Both the position numbers and the translations under genes were made by a program. From an uncultured bacterium (lineage in GTDB: Bacteria > Eisenbacteria > RBG-16-71-46), in assembly GCA_964589945.1 (NCBI GenBank), contig CAZPVG010000008.1:6639-70638 (forward strand): DNA of 64,000 bases, written 5' to 3'. Below the pieces are notes generated by a model that saw only the letters and a program-made list of their open reading frames with translations, was not told where the DNA came from and did not search any database. This document shows, in pieces, positions 49,086-58,102 of this stretch (positions are counted from its first letter, which is position 1; the number at the start of each line of letters is the position of its first letter).

Positions 49086-51137
49086 TCAGGGCCCGGTCGT
49101 CGGCCGCAGCTCGCGGTAGGCGCCGCGGTAGCCGGTGATCCGCTTCACGTAGTCCTGCGAGTCCGCGTTCGAGGCGAACTCGGCGAACAGCGCCTCGCCG
49201 CCGCGATCGAGCAGCACGCGCCAGTCCGGCCGGATGGTGCCGGGACCGGCGTTGTAGGCGGCGAGCGCGACCGCGGTCACGTTCCCGAAGCGCTCGAGCA
49301 TGCGGGCGAGGTAGCGCGCGCCGTAGCGGATGGACGTGTCCGGCGAGAACAGCGTGGATTCGCGCGGCGCGGGGTCCTTCATCCAGCGCGCGACGTCCCC
49401 CGCGGTGGAGAGCAGCAGCTGCGTGAGCCCGAGGGCGTTGCTGCGCGAGCGCGCGGTCGGGTCGAAGCGGCTCTCCTGCCGCATGAGCGCCCACAGCAGC
49501 GCGCGCCCGATGCCGAGCGACTCGGCCGCCGCGACCCGCGCCTCGAACGCGGGCGGGTACGCCCACGGCACGATCGCCCAGGCGAGGCTGTCGTCGCCGG
49601 CGTCCTCGGCCAGCGAGAACGCCCGCTCGGCCCACCGGGTCCCCTGTGCCGCCCGTCCGAGCCGGAACGCGATGTCGGCGGCGCCCAGCCAGCCGTGCGC
49701 ACCGGGGGGATCCGCGGCGCCCGCGAGCGCGACCGAGCGCAGCGCGTCGTCGTCCAGCCCCCAGAGGGCCAGCGAGCCGCCGGGCCCGGCGCCGGGCGGC
49801 GTCGCCGCCGCGGCGATGCTCCCGTGCCAGCCGGTGACGCCGAGCGTCTCGCGCGCGGCCTCGCGGTAGAAGCCGTAGCCCGGCAGCCGGGCCAGGCCTT
49901 CGAGCAGCGAGTCGGACGCGGCGCGGTCGGTCGCGCGCAGCGTCACGCCGAGCCAGAACCGGCCCGCCTCCTCGGAGGAACCCCACCACCACGTCCGCGC
50001 CGAGTCCGGCTCGCCGCGCGCGAGCTGCACGATGCCCGCCCGCACGCGCGCCTCGGCGGCGCGGCGGCCGCCCGTGTCCGCCACCCGCCGCAGGCCGCGC
50101 AGCGCGGCGGCCCAGCGGCTCTCGTCCTCGGCCTCGCGCGCGTACTCCCACCAGGCCGTCTCGCGCAACGAGCGGCCGCCGGCCTCGGCCGCGGCGCGCG
50201 CGTACTCGGCGAGCGCCGCGCTCGTGCGGCCGCGGTCGCGCAGCGCGCGCGCGCGCTCGATCCTCACGCGGGCGCGTGCGTCGCCGGGGGGCGCCAGCGC
50301 CAGCGCCGAGTCGGCGGCCCGCGCGGCCTCGTGCCGGCGGCGCCCGGCCCGCAGCACCTCCGCGAGGCGCAGCGCGACCCGCCAGCGCCCGGCGGGCGCC
50401 TCGCGCGGCAGCAGGTGACGCAGCCGGGACGCCGCCGAGGAGCGCGCGCCGCGCAGGGCGTCCGACTCGGCCCCGGCCCGCTCGTCGGCCCGGTCGAGCG
50501 AGTCGCCGTGAAGGGCGGTGAGCGTGTCGAGCATCCGCAGCGCGGGGCCCGAGGGCGGCAGCGAGGGAAACAGCTTCAGCACCACCCTCGCGTGCTCCTC
50601 CGCCTCGAGGGGACGGCCGCGCGCGGCGGCGAGCTCCGCCCGCTCGAGCCCCCATTCCGCGCGGTCGGCCCCCGGCCATCCGGACGTTTCCGCCGAGGCG
50701 AGCAGCGAATCGGCGCGCGCGCTGTCCCCCGCCGCGAGCGCCGCGTCCGCGCGCAGCGAGAGCGCGGTCCATGCCCACGGCGACTCCGCGAGGCGCGGCG
50801 CGCCGAGGGCCGAGTCGGCGGCCGCGGCGAGCCCGCGCGCGAGCCGCGCCCGGCCCAGCTCGAGCAGCGCCACCGCCGGCAGGGACGGGTCGGCGGCGCG
50901 CGCGGCCCAGCCCGCCAGCGAGTCGCCGCGGGCGAACGCCGCCGCTCCGGGGTCGGTCGAATCCGGGGCCGCGACGCCCGGGCAGACCTCGCCGCCGCAC
51001 CAGAGCGCGCGACCTTCGCGCGCGGTGGGGCCCCCCAGCGCCGGGGCGGGCAGGGCGGCATGCGCCGCGGTGCCGGGCACCGTCACCATCGCCACCGCAA
51101 CGGCCGCGGCGCGGAGCCCGCGACCGGTCACTCCCAT
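49086..51137 (-). CDS. Lytic murein transglycosylase (Slt70-like)
   Basis: The ATG at 51137 gives the signal peptide MGVTGRGLRAAAVAVAMVTVPGTAAHA. A long Ala/Arg-rich superhelical (U-domain-like) region follows. The C-terminal SLT domain is LLWALMRQESRFDPTARSRSNALGLTQLL...AYNAGPG. The longer track ORF (to 51935) is a shadow over guaA. Confidence 0.85.
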   Translation of the reverse strand: MGVTGRGLRAAAVAVAMVTVPGTAAHAALPAPALGGPTAREGRALWCGGEVCPGVAAPDSTDPGAAAFARGDSLAGWAARAADPSLPAVALLELGRARLARGLAAAADSALGAPRLAESPWAWTALSLRADAALAAGDSARADSLLASAETSGWPGADRAEWGLERAELAAARGRPLEAEEHARVVLKLFPSLPPSGPALRMLDTLTALHGDSLDRADERAGAESDALRGARSSAASRLRHLLPREAPAGRWRVALRLAEVLRAGRRRHEAARAADSALALAPPGDARARVRIERARALRDRGRTSAALAEYARAAAEAGGRSLRETAWWEYAREAEDESRWAAALRGLRRVADTGGRRAAEARVRAGIVQLARGEPDSARTWWWGSSEEAGRFWLGVTLRATDRAASDSLLEGLARLPGYGFYREAARETLGVTGWHGSIAAAATPPGAGPGGSLALWGLDDDALRSVALAGAADPPGAHGWLGAADIAFRLGRAAQGTRWAERAFSLAEDAGDDSLAWAIVPWAYPPAFEARVAAAESLGIGRALLWALMRQESRFDPTARSRSNALGLTQLLLSTAGDVARWMKDPAPRESTLFSPDTSIRYGARYLARMLERFGNVTAVALAAYNAGPGTIRPDWRVLLDRGGEALFAEFASNADSQDYVKRITGYRGAYRELRPTTGP

Positions 51138-52666
51138 TCGATCGTCGCCGGGGGCTTGCTGGTCACGTCGAAGACGACGCGGTTCACGCCGCGCACCTCG
51201 TTGGCCACGCGGTTCGCCACGCGCGCGAGCAGGGCGGGCGGGAGCCGTGTCCAGTCGGCCGTCATGCCGTCCACGCTGTTCACCGCGCGCAGCGCGATCA
51301 CCTTCTCGTACGAGCGCTCGTCGCCCTTCACCCCGACCGTCGAGACCGGCAGCAGGACGGCGAACGCCTGCCACGTGCGGTCGTACCACTTCGCGCGGCG
51401 CAGCTCCTCGAGGAAGATGGCATCTGCCTCGCGCACGATGGCGAGGTCGGTTTCGTTCACCGCGCCGAGGATGCGCACCGCGAGCCCCGGCCCGGGGAAC
51501 GGGTGCCGGTCCACGAGGACGCCGGGCAGGCCCAGCTCGCGCCCGAGCGCGCGCACTTCGTCCTTGAAGAGCCACCGGAGCGGCTCGACCAGCTTGAGCG
51601 TCATCCAGTCCGGCAGGCCCCCGACGTTGTGGTGCGACTTGATCACCTGAGCGCCGTGGCCCGCGGAGGCCGACTCGATGACGTCCGGGTAGAGCGTTCC
51701 CTGCGCCAGGAACTCGACCGGCCCGAGCCGCCGCGACTCCTCCTCGAACACGGCCACGAACTCGTTGCCGATGATCCGGCGCTTCTGCTCCGGGTCGGTG
51801 ACTCCCGCGAGCTTCCCGAGGAAGCGTTCCCGGGCGTCCACGACCTTGAGGTTCAGGTGGCGCCGCTCCCCGAGCTCGCGCAAGACCTCCGCGGCCTCGT
51901 CCTTGCGCAGGAGCCCGTGGTCCACGAGCACGCACGTGAGCCGGTCGCCGATCGCGCGGTGGACGAGCGTCGCGGCCACGGTCGAGTCCACGCCGCCCGA
52001 GAGGCCGCAGAGCACGTGCCCGTCCCCCACCTGCGCGCGCACGTCCCGCACCGCCTCGCGGACGAAGTTCTTCATGGACCAGCCGCCCTTCAGGCCCGCC
52101 ACCTTGAAGAGGAAGTTCGAGAGCACGCGCCGGCCGTAGGGCGAATGGACCACCTCGGGGTGGAACTGGATGAGGTGGAACGGGAGCTTCTCGTGCCGCG
52201 CCGCCGCGAACGCGCAGCTCGACGTGTGCGCGACCTTCCGCCAGCCGGGCCCGAGCGCCTTCACCTCGTCGCCGTGGCTCATCCAGGCCCGGAAGCGCCT
52301 CGGCACGCCGGCGAAGAGCGGCGAGGGCGCGTCCACGACGAACGTCGCCGTGCCGTACTCGGCGTGCCTGGCCTTCGCGACCTCGCCGCCGGTCAGCTGC
52401 TGCGTCACCTGGAAGCCGTAGCAGATCCCCAGGAGCGGCTTCTTCAGGCCGTAGATCCCGGCGTCGGGCAGGGGCGCCTCGGCCCGGTAGCCGCTCGCCG
52501 GCGAGCCCGAAAGCACGATCGCGTTCGGCTTCTTCGCCCGGATCGCTTCGAGCGGCGTCGTGCCGGGCACGATCTCGGAGAAGACGCCCAGCTCCCGCAC
52601 GCGCCGCGCGATGAGCTGCGTGTACTGCGAGCCGAAGTCGAGGATGAGGACGAGCTCCTTCGCCAT
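51128..52666 (-). CDS. guaA: GMP synthase (glutamine-hydrolysing)
   Basis: The GATase domain motifs are LILDFGSQYTQLIARRVRE and GICYG. The PP-loop is GLSGGVDSTV. The C-terminal dimerisation domain ends in PPATIEWE. Confidence 0.97.
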   Translation of the reverse strand: MAKELVLILDFGSQYTQLIARRVRELGVFSEIVPGTTPLEAIRAKKPNAIVLSGSPASGYRAEAPLPDAGIYGLKKPLLGICYGFQVTQQLTGGEVAKARHAEYGTATFVVDAPSPLFAGVPRRFRAWMSHGDEVKALGPGWRKVAHTSSCAFAAARHEKLPFHLIQFHPEVVHSPYGRRVLSNFLFKVAGLKGGWSMKNFVREAVRDVRAQVGDGHVLCGLSGGVDSTVAATLVHRAIGDRLTCVLVDHGLLRKDEAAEVLRELGERRHLNLKVVDARERFLGKLAGVTDPEQKRRIIGNEFVAVFEEESRRLGPVEFLAQGTLYPDVIESASAGHGAQVIKSHHNVGGLPDWMTLKLVEPLRWLFKDEVRALGRELGLPGVLVDRHPFPGPGLAVRILGAVNETDLAIVREADAIFLEELRRAKWYDRTWQAFAVLLPVSTVGVKGDERSYEKVIALRAVNSVDGMTADWTRLPPALLARVANRVANEVRGVNRVVFDVTSKPPATIEWE

Positions 52667-52671
52667 GCGCG

Positions 52672-53388
52672 TCAGCTCCCCCGGCGCGCGCGGGCGCGCC
52701 CCTTCCCGGCCCGCGTCTTCTTCGCGGTCCCGCCGCGCTTCGCCCCGGTCTTCCGTCTCGCGTGCGGCGCGGCCGCGGGCCGCTTCGCGAAGTCGAGCGG
52801 CGGCACCCGGACGCCGCGGCGCGAGCAGTCGAGCAGGATCGCGAAGCGCCGCTCCCGCGTCGCCGCCTGCTTCGCGCTCATGATCCAGAATGTCACCTGG
52901 TGGTGGTAGCCCGGAGGCATCGAGCCGTAGTGCGCGCGCGCCTTCGCGTCGGCGGCGAGCCGGCGGGCGAAGTCCTCCGGGAACGAGTACCGGCGCACCT
53001 CGAAGGAGTAGCGATGCGTCTTCGCCGGGTCCCGCGCCGCGAACACCGCGCGGCCCGCCGCCGTCATCCGCCCTGCCTGCTCGAGCCGCTCGACGTGGCG
53101 CAGGTTGACCTGGCTCCAGAGGCTGCCCGCTCGGCGCGGGGAGAAGCGGATGGAGTACGCGCCGTCGTCGATTCCCCGCCGCACGCCGTCGATCCAGCCG
53201 AAGCAGAGGGCCTCGTCGAGCGCCTGCGCGTAGGTGAGCCCGCCCCGGCCGGTCGCGACGCGCTGGAAGCCGACGACCAGCTCCGGCGCGGCGGAGTGGT
53301 GCTTCGCGAGCCAGGCGCGGAATGCGGCCGCGGTCGCGAAGAACCGGGGCGCGGCTCCGCCCCGACGACCCGCGCGTGCCGGGCTCAC
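52672..53388 (-). CDS. YdeI/OmpD-associated (DUF1801-related) family protein
   Basis: The GTG at 53388 overlaps the upstream TGA (GTGA). The pattern F.TAAAFRAWLAKHH...EALCFGWIDGVRR...YSIRFSPRR..S.WS..N matches the family. A Lys/Arg-rich tail follows. Confidence 0.7.
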   Translation of the reverse strand: MSPARAGRRGGAAPRFFATAAAFRAWLAKHHSAAPELVVGFQRVATGRGGLTYAQALDEALCFGWIDGVRRGIDDGAYSIRFSPRRAGSLWSQVNLRHVERLEQAGRMTAAGRAVFAARDPAKTHRYSFEVRRYSFPEDFARRLAADAKARAHYGSMPPGYHHQVTFWIMSAKQAATRERRFAILLDCSRRGVRVPPLDFAKRPAAAPHARRKTGAKRGGTAKKTRAGKGRARARRGS

Positions 53389-53657
53389 GCTTCGTCCGCC
53401 TCGTCGCGTCCGCCGGAGCCGATCACGCCCCCGGCGGCGGCCAGCACGACCGGCAGCACGAGCCCGAGCCCGATCCCGCGCGTGTCGCCGGGGAACGGCG
53501 GGCGGTTCGTGATCTTCACGAAGCCCAGGTCGAGCGTGTTCTGCTTCTCGTTCCAGGTGGCCCACGCCCACGCGGGCTTGCCGAAGTACGCCACGAACAG
53601 GATCGCCGCGAGCAGGAACGCGGCCCCGGCCACGATACGGCGCTGGTTTCGGTTCAC
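53385..53657 (-). CDS. Small hypothetical two-TM membrane protein
   Basis: It is 90 aa with two hydrophobic helices (AGAAFLLAAILFVAYF and GLGLVLPVVLAAAGGVI). It is wedged between purH and the ydeI-like gene with short gaps or overlaps. Confidence 0.5.
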   Translation of the reverse strand: MNRNQRRIVAGAAFLLAAILFVAYFGKPAWAWATWNEKQNTLDLGFVKITNRPPFPGDTRGIGLGLVLPVVLAAAGGVIGSGGRDEADEA

Positions 53658-53664
53658 GGGCGCC

Positions 53665-55242
53665 TCAGTGCCGGAACGTCCGGAGGTCGGTGAAGATCAT
53701 GGCGACGTCGAGGCGGTCCGCCTCGGCGATCACCTCGGGGTCGCGCATCGACCCGCCCGGCTGGACGATGGCGGTGATGCCGGCCTCGGCGGCGTGCGTC
53801 ACGCTGTCGGCGAACGGGAAGAACCCGTCGCTCGCGAGCACCGCCCCGTGCACGTCGTGGCCGGCGCGGTGCGCCTTGAGCAGGGCGACGTCCACCGCGT
53901 CCACGCGCGAGGTCTGGCCGCTGCCGAGCCCGATCAGCTCCTCCCCGCGCGCGAGCACGATCGCGTTCGTCCGCGCGGCGGCGCACACCTCCCACGCGAA
54001 GGCCAGGCTGGTCGTCTCCTCGGCGGTCGGCGCGCGTTTCGTCACCGTCCGCCAGGGCGGCGGCGCCCCGGATCCCTCGCCCTGAAGCAACGCCCACGGC
54101 CCGACGAGGCGCACGCCCCAGGCGTCGGGGCTCGCGAGATCGGCGGCCGTGAGCTGCAGCAGCCGCGCGTTCTTCTTCTTCCGCAGGAGCGTGTCGGCCT
54201 CCGGCTCGATCGAGGGGAACGCGATGCACTCGACGAACTGGTCGTGCAGCGCGCCCGCGGTGGCGGTGTCCAGCGGGCGGTTGAACGCCACGATGCCGCC
54301 GAAGGACGACAGCGCGTCGGCGTCGCGGGCGAGCGAGTACGCGTCCACGAGCGAGTCCGCGCAGGCGACGCCGCACGGCTGGTTGTGCTTCACGATCACG
54401 CACGCGGGCCTCTCGAAGCGCCACACCAGCGTCACCGCGGCCTCGAGGTCGAGCAGGTTGTTGTAAGAAAGCTCCTTGCCCTCGCGCCACGACTGCAGCG
54501 TGCGCACGGTCCCGCCGCGCGCGTACAGGGCGGCGACCTGGTGTGGGTTCTCGCCGTAGCGCAGCGTGCGGGCCCGCTCCAGCACGAGCGCGTGCACGGC
54601 CGGCGGCTCGCCGGGCGCCGCGAGCCGGCGGGCGATCTCGGCGGCGATCGCACCGTCGTAGCGCGCCGTGCGCGCGAAGGCGGCCAGCGCCCAGCGCCGC
54701 CGGTCCTCCGGCGTGACGCCTCGGGCGAGCGCCTCGAGCACGTCGGCGTACTGCGAGACGTCGTGGACGACGATCACCGCCTCGTGGTTCTTGGCGGCGC
54801 CGCGCAGCAGCGCGACGCCCCCGATGTCGATCTCCTCGACCATTCCCGCGTCGTCGAGCGACGCCCCCTTCTCCTCGAACGGATACAGGGTCACCGCGAC
54901 GAGGTCGATGGGCTCGAGCCCCCGCGATTCGAGCGCGGCGAGGTCGCCGGGCTCGGCCCGGCGCGCGAGGATGGGCGCGTGCACGTGCGGATGCAGGGTC
55001 TTCACGCGGCCGCCGAGCATCTCGCCGAAGCCGGTCCACTCCTCCACCGGCGTCACCGCGATCCCGGCCGACTTGAGGTGCGCGGCCGTCCCGCCGCTCG
55101 CCAGCACGCGCGTGCCGTGATCCGCCAGGGCGCGCGCGAACTCCAGCGCCCCGGACTTGTCCGAGAGTGACAGCAGCGCGGCGCGCGGCCAGCCCGGAGA
55201 CCGCGTGCGTTTCTCGCCTGACTGCGGTGCGGACGCGGTCAT
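53665..55242 (-). CDS. purH: Bifunctional AICAR formyltransferase / IMP cyclohydrolase
   Basis: The ATG at 55242 overlaps the purC TGA (ATGA). The MGS-like domain motifs are ALLSLSDKSG and GGRVKTLHP. The AICARFT domain has KHNQPCG, and the C-terminus is AIVQPGGSMRD...FTDLRTFRH. Confidence 0.96.
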   Translation of the reverse strand: MTASAPQSGEKRTRSPGWPRAALLSLSDKSGALEFARALADHGTRVLASGGTAAHLKSAGIAVTPVEEWTGFGEMLGGRVKTLHPHVHAPILARRAEPGDLAALESRGLEPIDLVAVTLYPFEEKGASLDDAGMVEEIDIGGVALLRGAAKNHEAVIVVHDVSQYADVLEALARGVTPEDRRRWALAAFARTARYDGAIAAEIARRLAAPGEPPAVHALVLERARTLRYGENPHQVAALYARGGTVRTLQSWREGKELSYNNLLDLEAAVTLVWRFERPACVIVKHNQPCGVACADSLVDAYSLARDADALSSFGGIVAFNRPLDTATAGALHDQFVECIAFPSIEPEADTLLRKKKNARLLQLTAADLASPDAWGVRLVGPWALLQGEGSGAPPPWRTVTKRAPTAEETTSLAFAWEVCAAARTNAIVLARGEELIGLGSGQTSRVDAVDVALLKAHRAGHDVHGAVLASDGFFPFADSVTHAAEAGITAIVQPGGSMRDPEVIAEADRLDVAMIFTDLRTFRH

Positions 55243-56171
55243 CGCGGTCCTCCCGAGAGCCGCCGGATGGCCTCGAGGTAGCGCTCCTGCGTCTTCGCGA
55301 CCACTTCGGCCGGCAGTGCGGGCGCCGGCGGCTCGTGGTCCCAGCCGCTGCCGTCCAGCCAGTCGCGGACGTACTGCTTGTCGAAGCTGATCAGCTTGCC
55401 CGCCTCGTACTCGCCGCGGTCCCAGTAGCGCGACGAGTCGGGCGAGAGCGCCTCGTCGATGAGCGCGAGCGCCCCGTCGATCCGCCCGAACTCGAACTTC
55501 GTGTCGGCCAGCACCAGCCCGCGGTCCCAGGCCCAGGCGCGGGCCTCCTCGTAGAGGGCGAGGCTCCTCTCCCGCAGCGCCGCGGCCGTCCCGCGGCCGG
55601 TGACCTCCGCCATGCGCTCGAAGGAGATGTTCTCGTCGTGCCCCGTGTCGTTCTTGGTGGCGGGGGTGAAGATCGCCGGCTCTAGCTTCGATCCGTCCTT
55701 CAGGCCCGCCGGCAGCCGGATGCCGCAGACGCTCTGCGAGGCGCGGTACTCCTTCCAGCCGCTGCCCGTCAGGTAGCCGCGCACGACGCACTCGATGTCG
55801 ATGCGCTCGGCGCGCCGCACGAGCTGGCCGCGCCCCTGCAGCATCGCGGCACGCTCGCGGAAGGGCGACGGGAACGTCGCCGGGTCGTCGCTGACGAGGT
55901 GGTGGGGCCGGGCGCTCTTCAGGTGCTTCATCCAGAAGGCGCTGATGAGCGACAGGATCGCGCCCTTCCCCGGGATGGGCGTCGGCAGGATCGAGTCGTA
56001 GGCCGACAGCCGGTCGCTCGCGACGATCACGAAGTGCTCCGGCCCGGCCTCGTACACGGTGCGGACCTTGCCGCGCCGGAAGGGCTTCGCGCCGGGAACC
56101 TCGACGTCGGGCACGGCGTGCCGCGGATCGAGCAGCTCGGGGGCGACGACGATGGGTTCGGTGCTGTTCAC
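55239..56171 (-). CDS. purC: Phosphoribosylaminoimidazole-succinocarboxamide synthase
   Basis: Motifs are RGKVRTVYE, VASDRLSAYD, GKG..L and LADTKFEFG (long-form SAICAR synthetase). Confidence 0.93.
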   Translation of the reverse strand: MNSTEPIVVAPELLDPRHAVPDVEVPGAKPFRRGKVRTVYEAGPEHFVIVASDRLSAYDSILPTPIPGKGAILSLISAFWMKHLKSARPHHLVSDDPATFPSPFRERAAMLQGRGQLVRRAERIDIECVVRGYLTGSGWKEYRASQSVCGIRLPAGLKDGSKLEPAIFTPATKNDTGHDENISFERMAEVTGRGTAAALRERSLALYEEARAWAWDRGLVLADTKFEFGRIDGALALIDEALSPDSSRYWDRGEYEAGKLISFDKQYVRDWLDGSGWDHEPPAPALPAEVVAKTQERYLEAIRRLSGGPR

Positions 56172-56203
56172 GTTCTCCTCCTGCCGCCTCTCGGGACGGC
56201 CGT

Positions 56204-57007
56204 TCAGGTGATCGCCGCGTCGGTCCCCCGGGCGGCCGGGCCGGGGGTGGTGAAGTGTTCGTGCAGGTAGGCGGGCAGCCGGTCGATGGTCGAGACGGCC
56301 CGAGTGCGCTCGCCCGCATAATCGCCGAAGGGATCCAGAAGCACGAAGTGCATTCCGGCGGCCCGCGAGCCCTCCTCGTCCACCGAGCGCAGGTCGCCGA
56401 CGTAGAGGGCGTTCTCCGACGCGACCCCCATCCGCGCCAGGGCCCGGCGGAAGATCTCGGGATCGGGCTTCTCAACGCCCTCGAGGTGGGAGTCCACGAC
56501 GAACTCCAGCCCGTCTCGCGTGCCGGTTTCGATCAGGTGCTCCTCGGCCCGGCCGTCGGAGTTGCTGATGCAGGCCGCGCGCAGCCCCAGCGCGACCACG
56601 CCCGCGACGCACTCGCGGGCGCCCTCGTTGGCCCGCGCCCAGAGCATCCCGCCCGAGGCCTGGCGCTCCCACAGCTCCGCCACGGCTTCCTCGAGCAGAG
56701 GGTGGCGGCAGCCCGCGCCCTCGAGCATGCCGGTGAAGTAGGCCTCGATCGAGACGATCGTCGGCGTCACGCGCTGCAGGCCCGGGGGCACCCTGCCGAG
56801 GGCGGCCGCGGCGCCGACGGCTGCCGTCGCGTCGTACGCGCGACGCCCGCGCACTTCGCCGCGGCGCACGTCCTCGACGGTCGCGCCGACCCCGAGATCG
56901 CGGAGCATCTCCGCGATCCACTCGAAGTCGAGCCGCACAAGCGTCCCGCCGGCGTCGAAGAACACCGCTTCGAGCGGCGGTCGCAAGCCGTTGTCCCGCT
57001 CAGCCAT
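56204..57007 (-). CDS. HAD-superfamily hydrolase (subfamily IA-like)
   Basis: Motif I is VFFDAGGTL and motif II is CISNSD. Motif III/IV is K.PDPEIF...YVGDLRSVDEEG. Confidence 0.8.
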   Translation of the reverse strand: MAERDNGLRPPLEAVFFDAGGTLVRLDFEWIAEMLRDLGVGATVEDVRRGEVRGRRAYDATAAVGAAAALGRVPPGLQRVTPTIVSIEAYFTGMLEGAGCRHPLLEEAVAELWERQASGGMLWARANEGARECVAGVVALGLRAACISNSDGRAEEHLIETGTRDGLEFVVDSHLEGVEKPDPEIFRRALARMGVASENALYVGDLRSVDEEGSRAAGMHFVLLDPFGDYAGERTRAVSTIDRLPAYLHEHFTTPGPAARGTDAAIT

Positions 57008-57638
57008 GCGTGGCCTCCTTCGAGCGGAACACGAGCCTGCGACCCTGCTTCACCCAGGGCTGGGTGAGGAACCGCCGGACGGCCGCCGGGTAGAGCGCGT
57101 GCTCGGCCGCGTGCATCCGTTCGGTGAGCGACTCGAGCGACTCGTCCTCGCCCACCTCGACCACGGACTGCGCCACGATCGGTCCCGCGTCGAGCGCGTC
57201 CTCGACGAGGTGGACGGTGCAGCCCGTCACCCGGACACCGTGGCGCCACGCCTGGCCGATGGCATCGAGGCCGGGGAACGCGGGCAGCAGCGAGGGATGG
57301 ATGTTGACCAGGCGGTCCGCGTACGCGCCCAGGATCGGCGCGTGCAGCCGGCGCATGAAGCCGGCGAGCAGGACCACGTCCACCGCGCGCACGGCGAGCG
57401 CGGCGAGCCACGGCCGCTCGTCCTCGAGCTTCGTCCGGAAGCGGCCGACCGGCGGCAGCACTGCCTCGACCTGCAGGCGCCTGGCGCGCTCGAGCGCGAA
57501 CGCCGCAGGGTTGTCACACAGCAGCGCGACGATCGTGCCGCCCAGCTCGCCGCGCGCCGAAGCGGCGGCGAGGGCCTCGAAGTTCGAGCCATTGCCGGAA
57601 GCGAAGACGGCGATGCGGGCGGTGCTGGACGAGGGCAC
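57000..57638 (-). CDS. purN: Phosphoribosylglycinamide formyltransferase
   Basis: The GTG at 57638 gives VPSSSTARIAVFASGNGSNFEAL. Motifs are VVLAGFMR, NIHPSLLPAFPG and GCTVHLVEDALDAGPI. The longer track ORF (to 58100) is a shadow extension. Confidence 0.92.
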   Translation of the reverse strand: MPSSSTARIAVFASGNGSNFEALAAASARGELGGTIVALLCDNPAAFALERARRLQVEAVLPPVGRFRTKLEDERPWLAALAVRAVDVVLLAGFMRRLHAPILGAYADRLVNIHPSLLPAFPGLDAIGQAWRHGVRVTGCTVHLVEDALDAGPIVAQSVVEVGEDESLESLTERMHAAEHALYPAAVRRFLTQPWVKQGRRLVFRSKEATHG

Positions 57639-57646
57639 GCCGCAAT

Positions 57647-58087
57647 CTAGCTTGGGGGTGCGGGAGCGGCAAGCGGGTCCGCCCGTCGATCGGGTGCGAC
57701 GGGAAGCGTGCGCGCGAGCTGGCGTGTGGGGATGCCGAAGGCGAGGCCACCTACGTCGAGCATGCCGGGCCAGAAGTGGGCGGCCGAGAAGACAACCGAC
57801 GTGACCAGGATCGAGGGCCAGGCCTTCCACCGGCGCATGAGCCCGCCCTGCACGTACCCGCGGAACAGCAGCTCTTCGCCGATCGCGGGAGTGAAGGAGG
57901 CGAGCAACGCCCACGCCACGAGGAACGCCGGGTGCCCGAAGGTCGGATGTGGCGGCCGGTGCCCGAACGTCGGCCGACCCCTCAACGAGGGGCGCGAGGA
58001 CCGTGCGGCGCTCCGCGTGCTCGGGGGACGCGAGAGGCCTTCGGCCGTCGAGGAGGGCCGCGGCTCGTCCATGGCGCATCCTGCCAC
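57647..58087 (-). CDS. CPBP-family intramembrane protease fragment (short, possibly truncated or degenerate)
   Basis: It contains CPBP motif 1 (GEELLFRGY) and motif 2 (VVFSAAHF) but lacks the third HxxxN/D motif. Only about two TM helices are present. The N-terminal ~55 aa are Pro/Arg/Ser-rich low complexity and include a duplicated PTFGH. Confidence 0.4.
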   Translation of the reverse strand: MAGCAMDEPRPSSTAEGLSRPPSTRSAARSSRPSLRGRPTFGHRPPHPTFGHPAFLVAWALLASFTPAIGEELLFRGYVQGGLMRRWKAWPSILVTSVVFSAAHFWPGMLDVGGLAFGIPTRQLARTLPVAPDRRADPLAAPAPPS

Positions 58088-58102
58088 CTCGGCGGGTCAC
58101 GC

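Noticed and set aside
48238-51650. 920-aa minus ORF and 1097-aa plus ORF across the kinase-like membrane protein, slt and guaA
   Set aside because: These are shadow frames. The real genes here are supported by the SLT active-site motif, the CTP_transf_1 signature and GuaA motifs.
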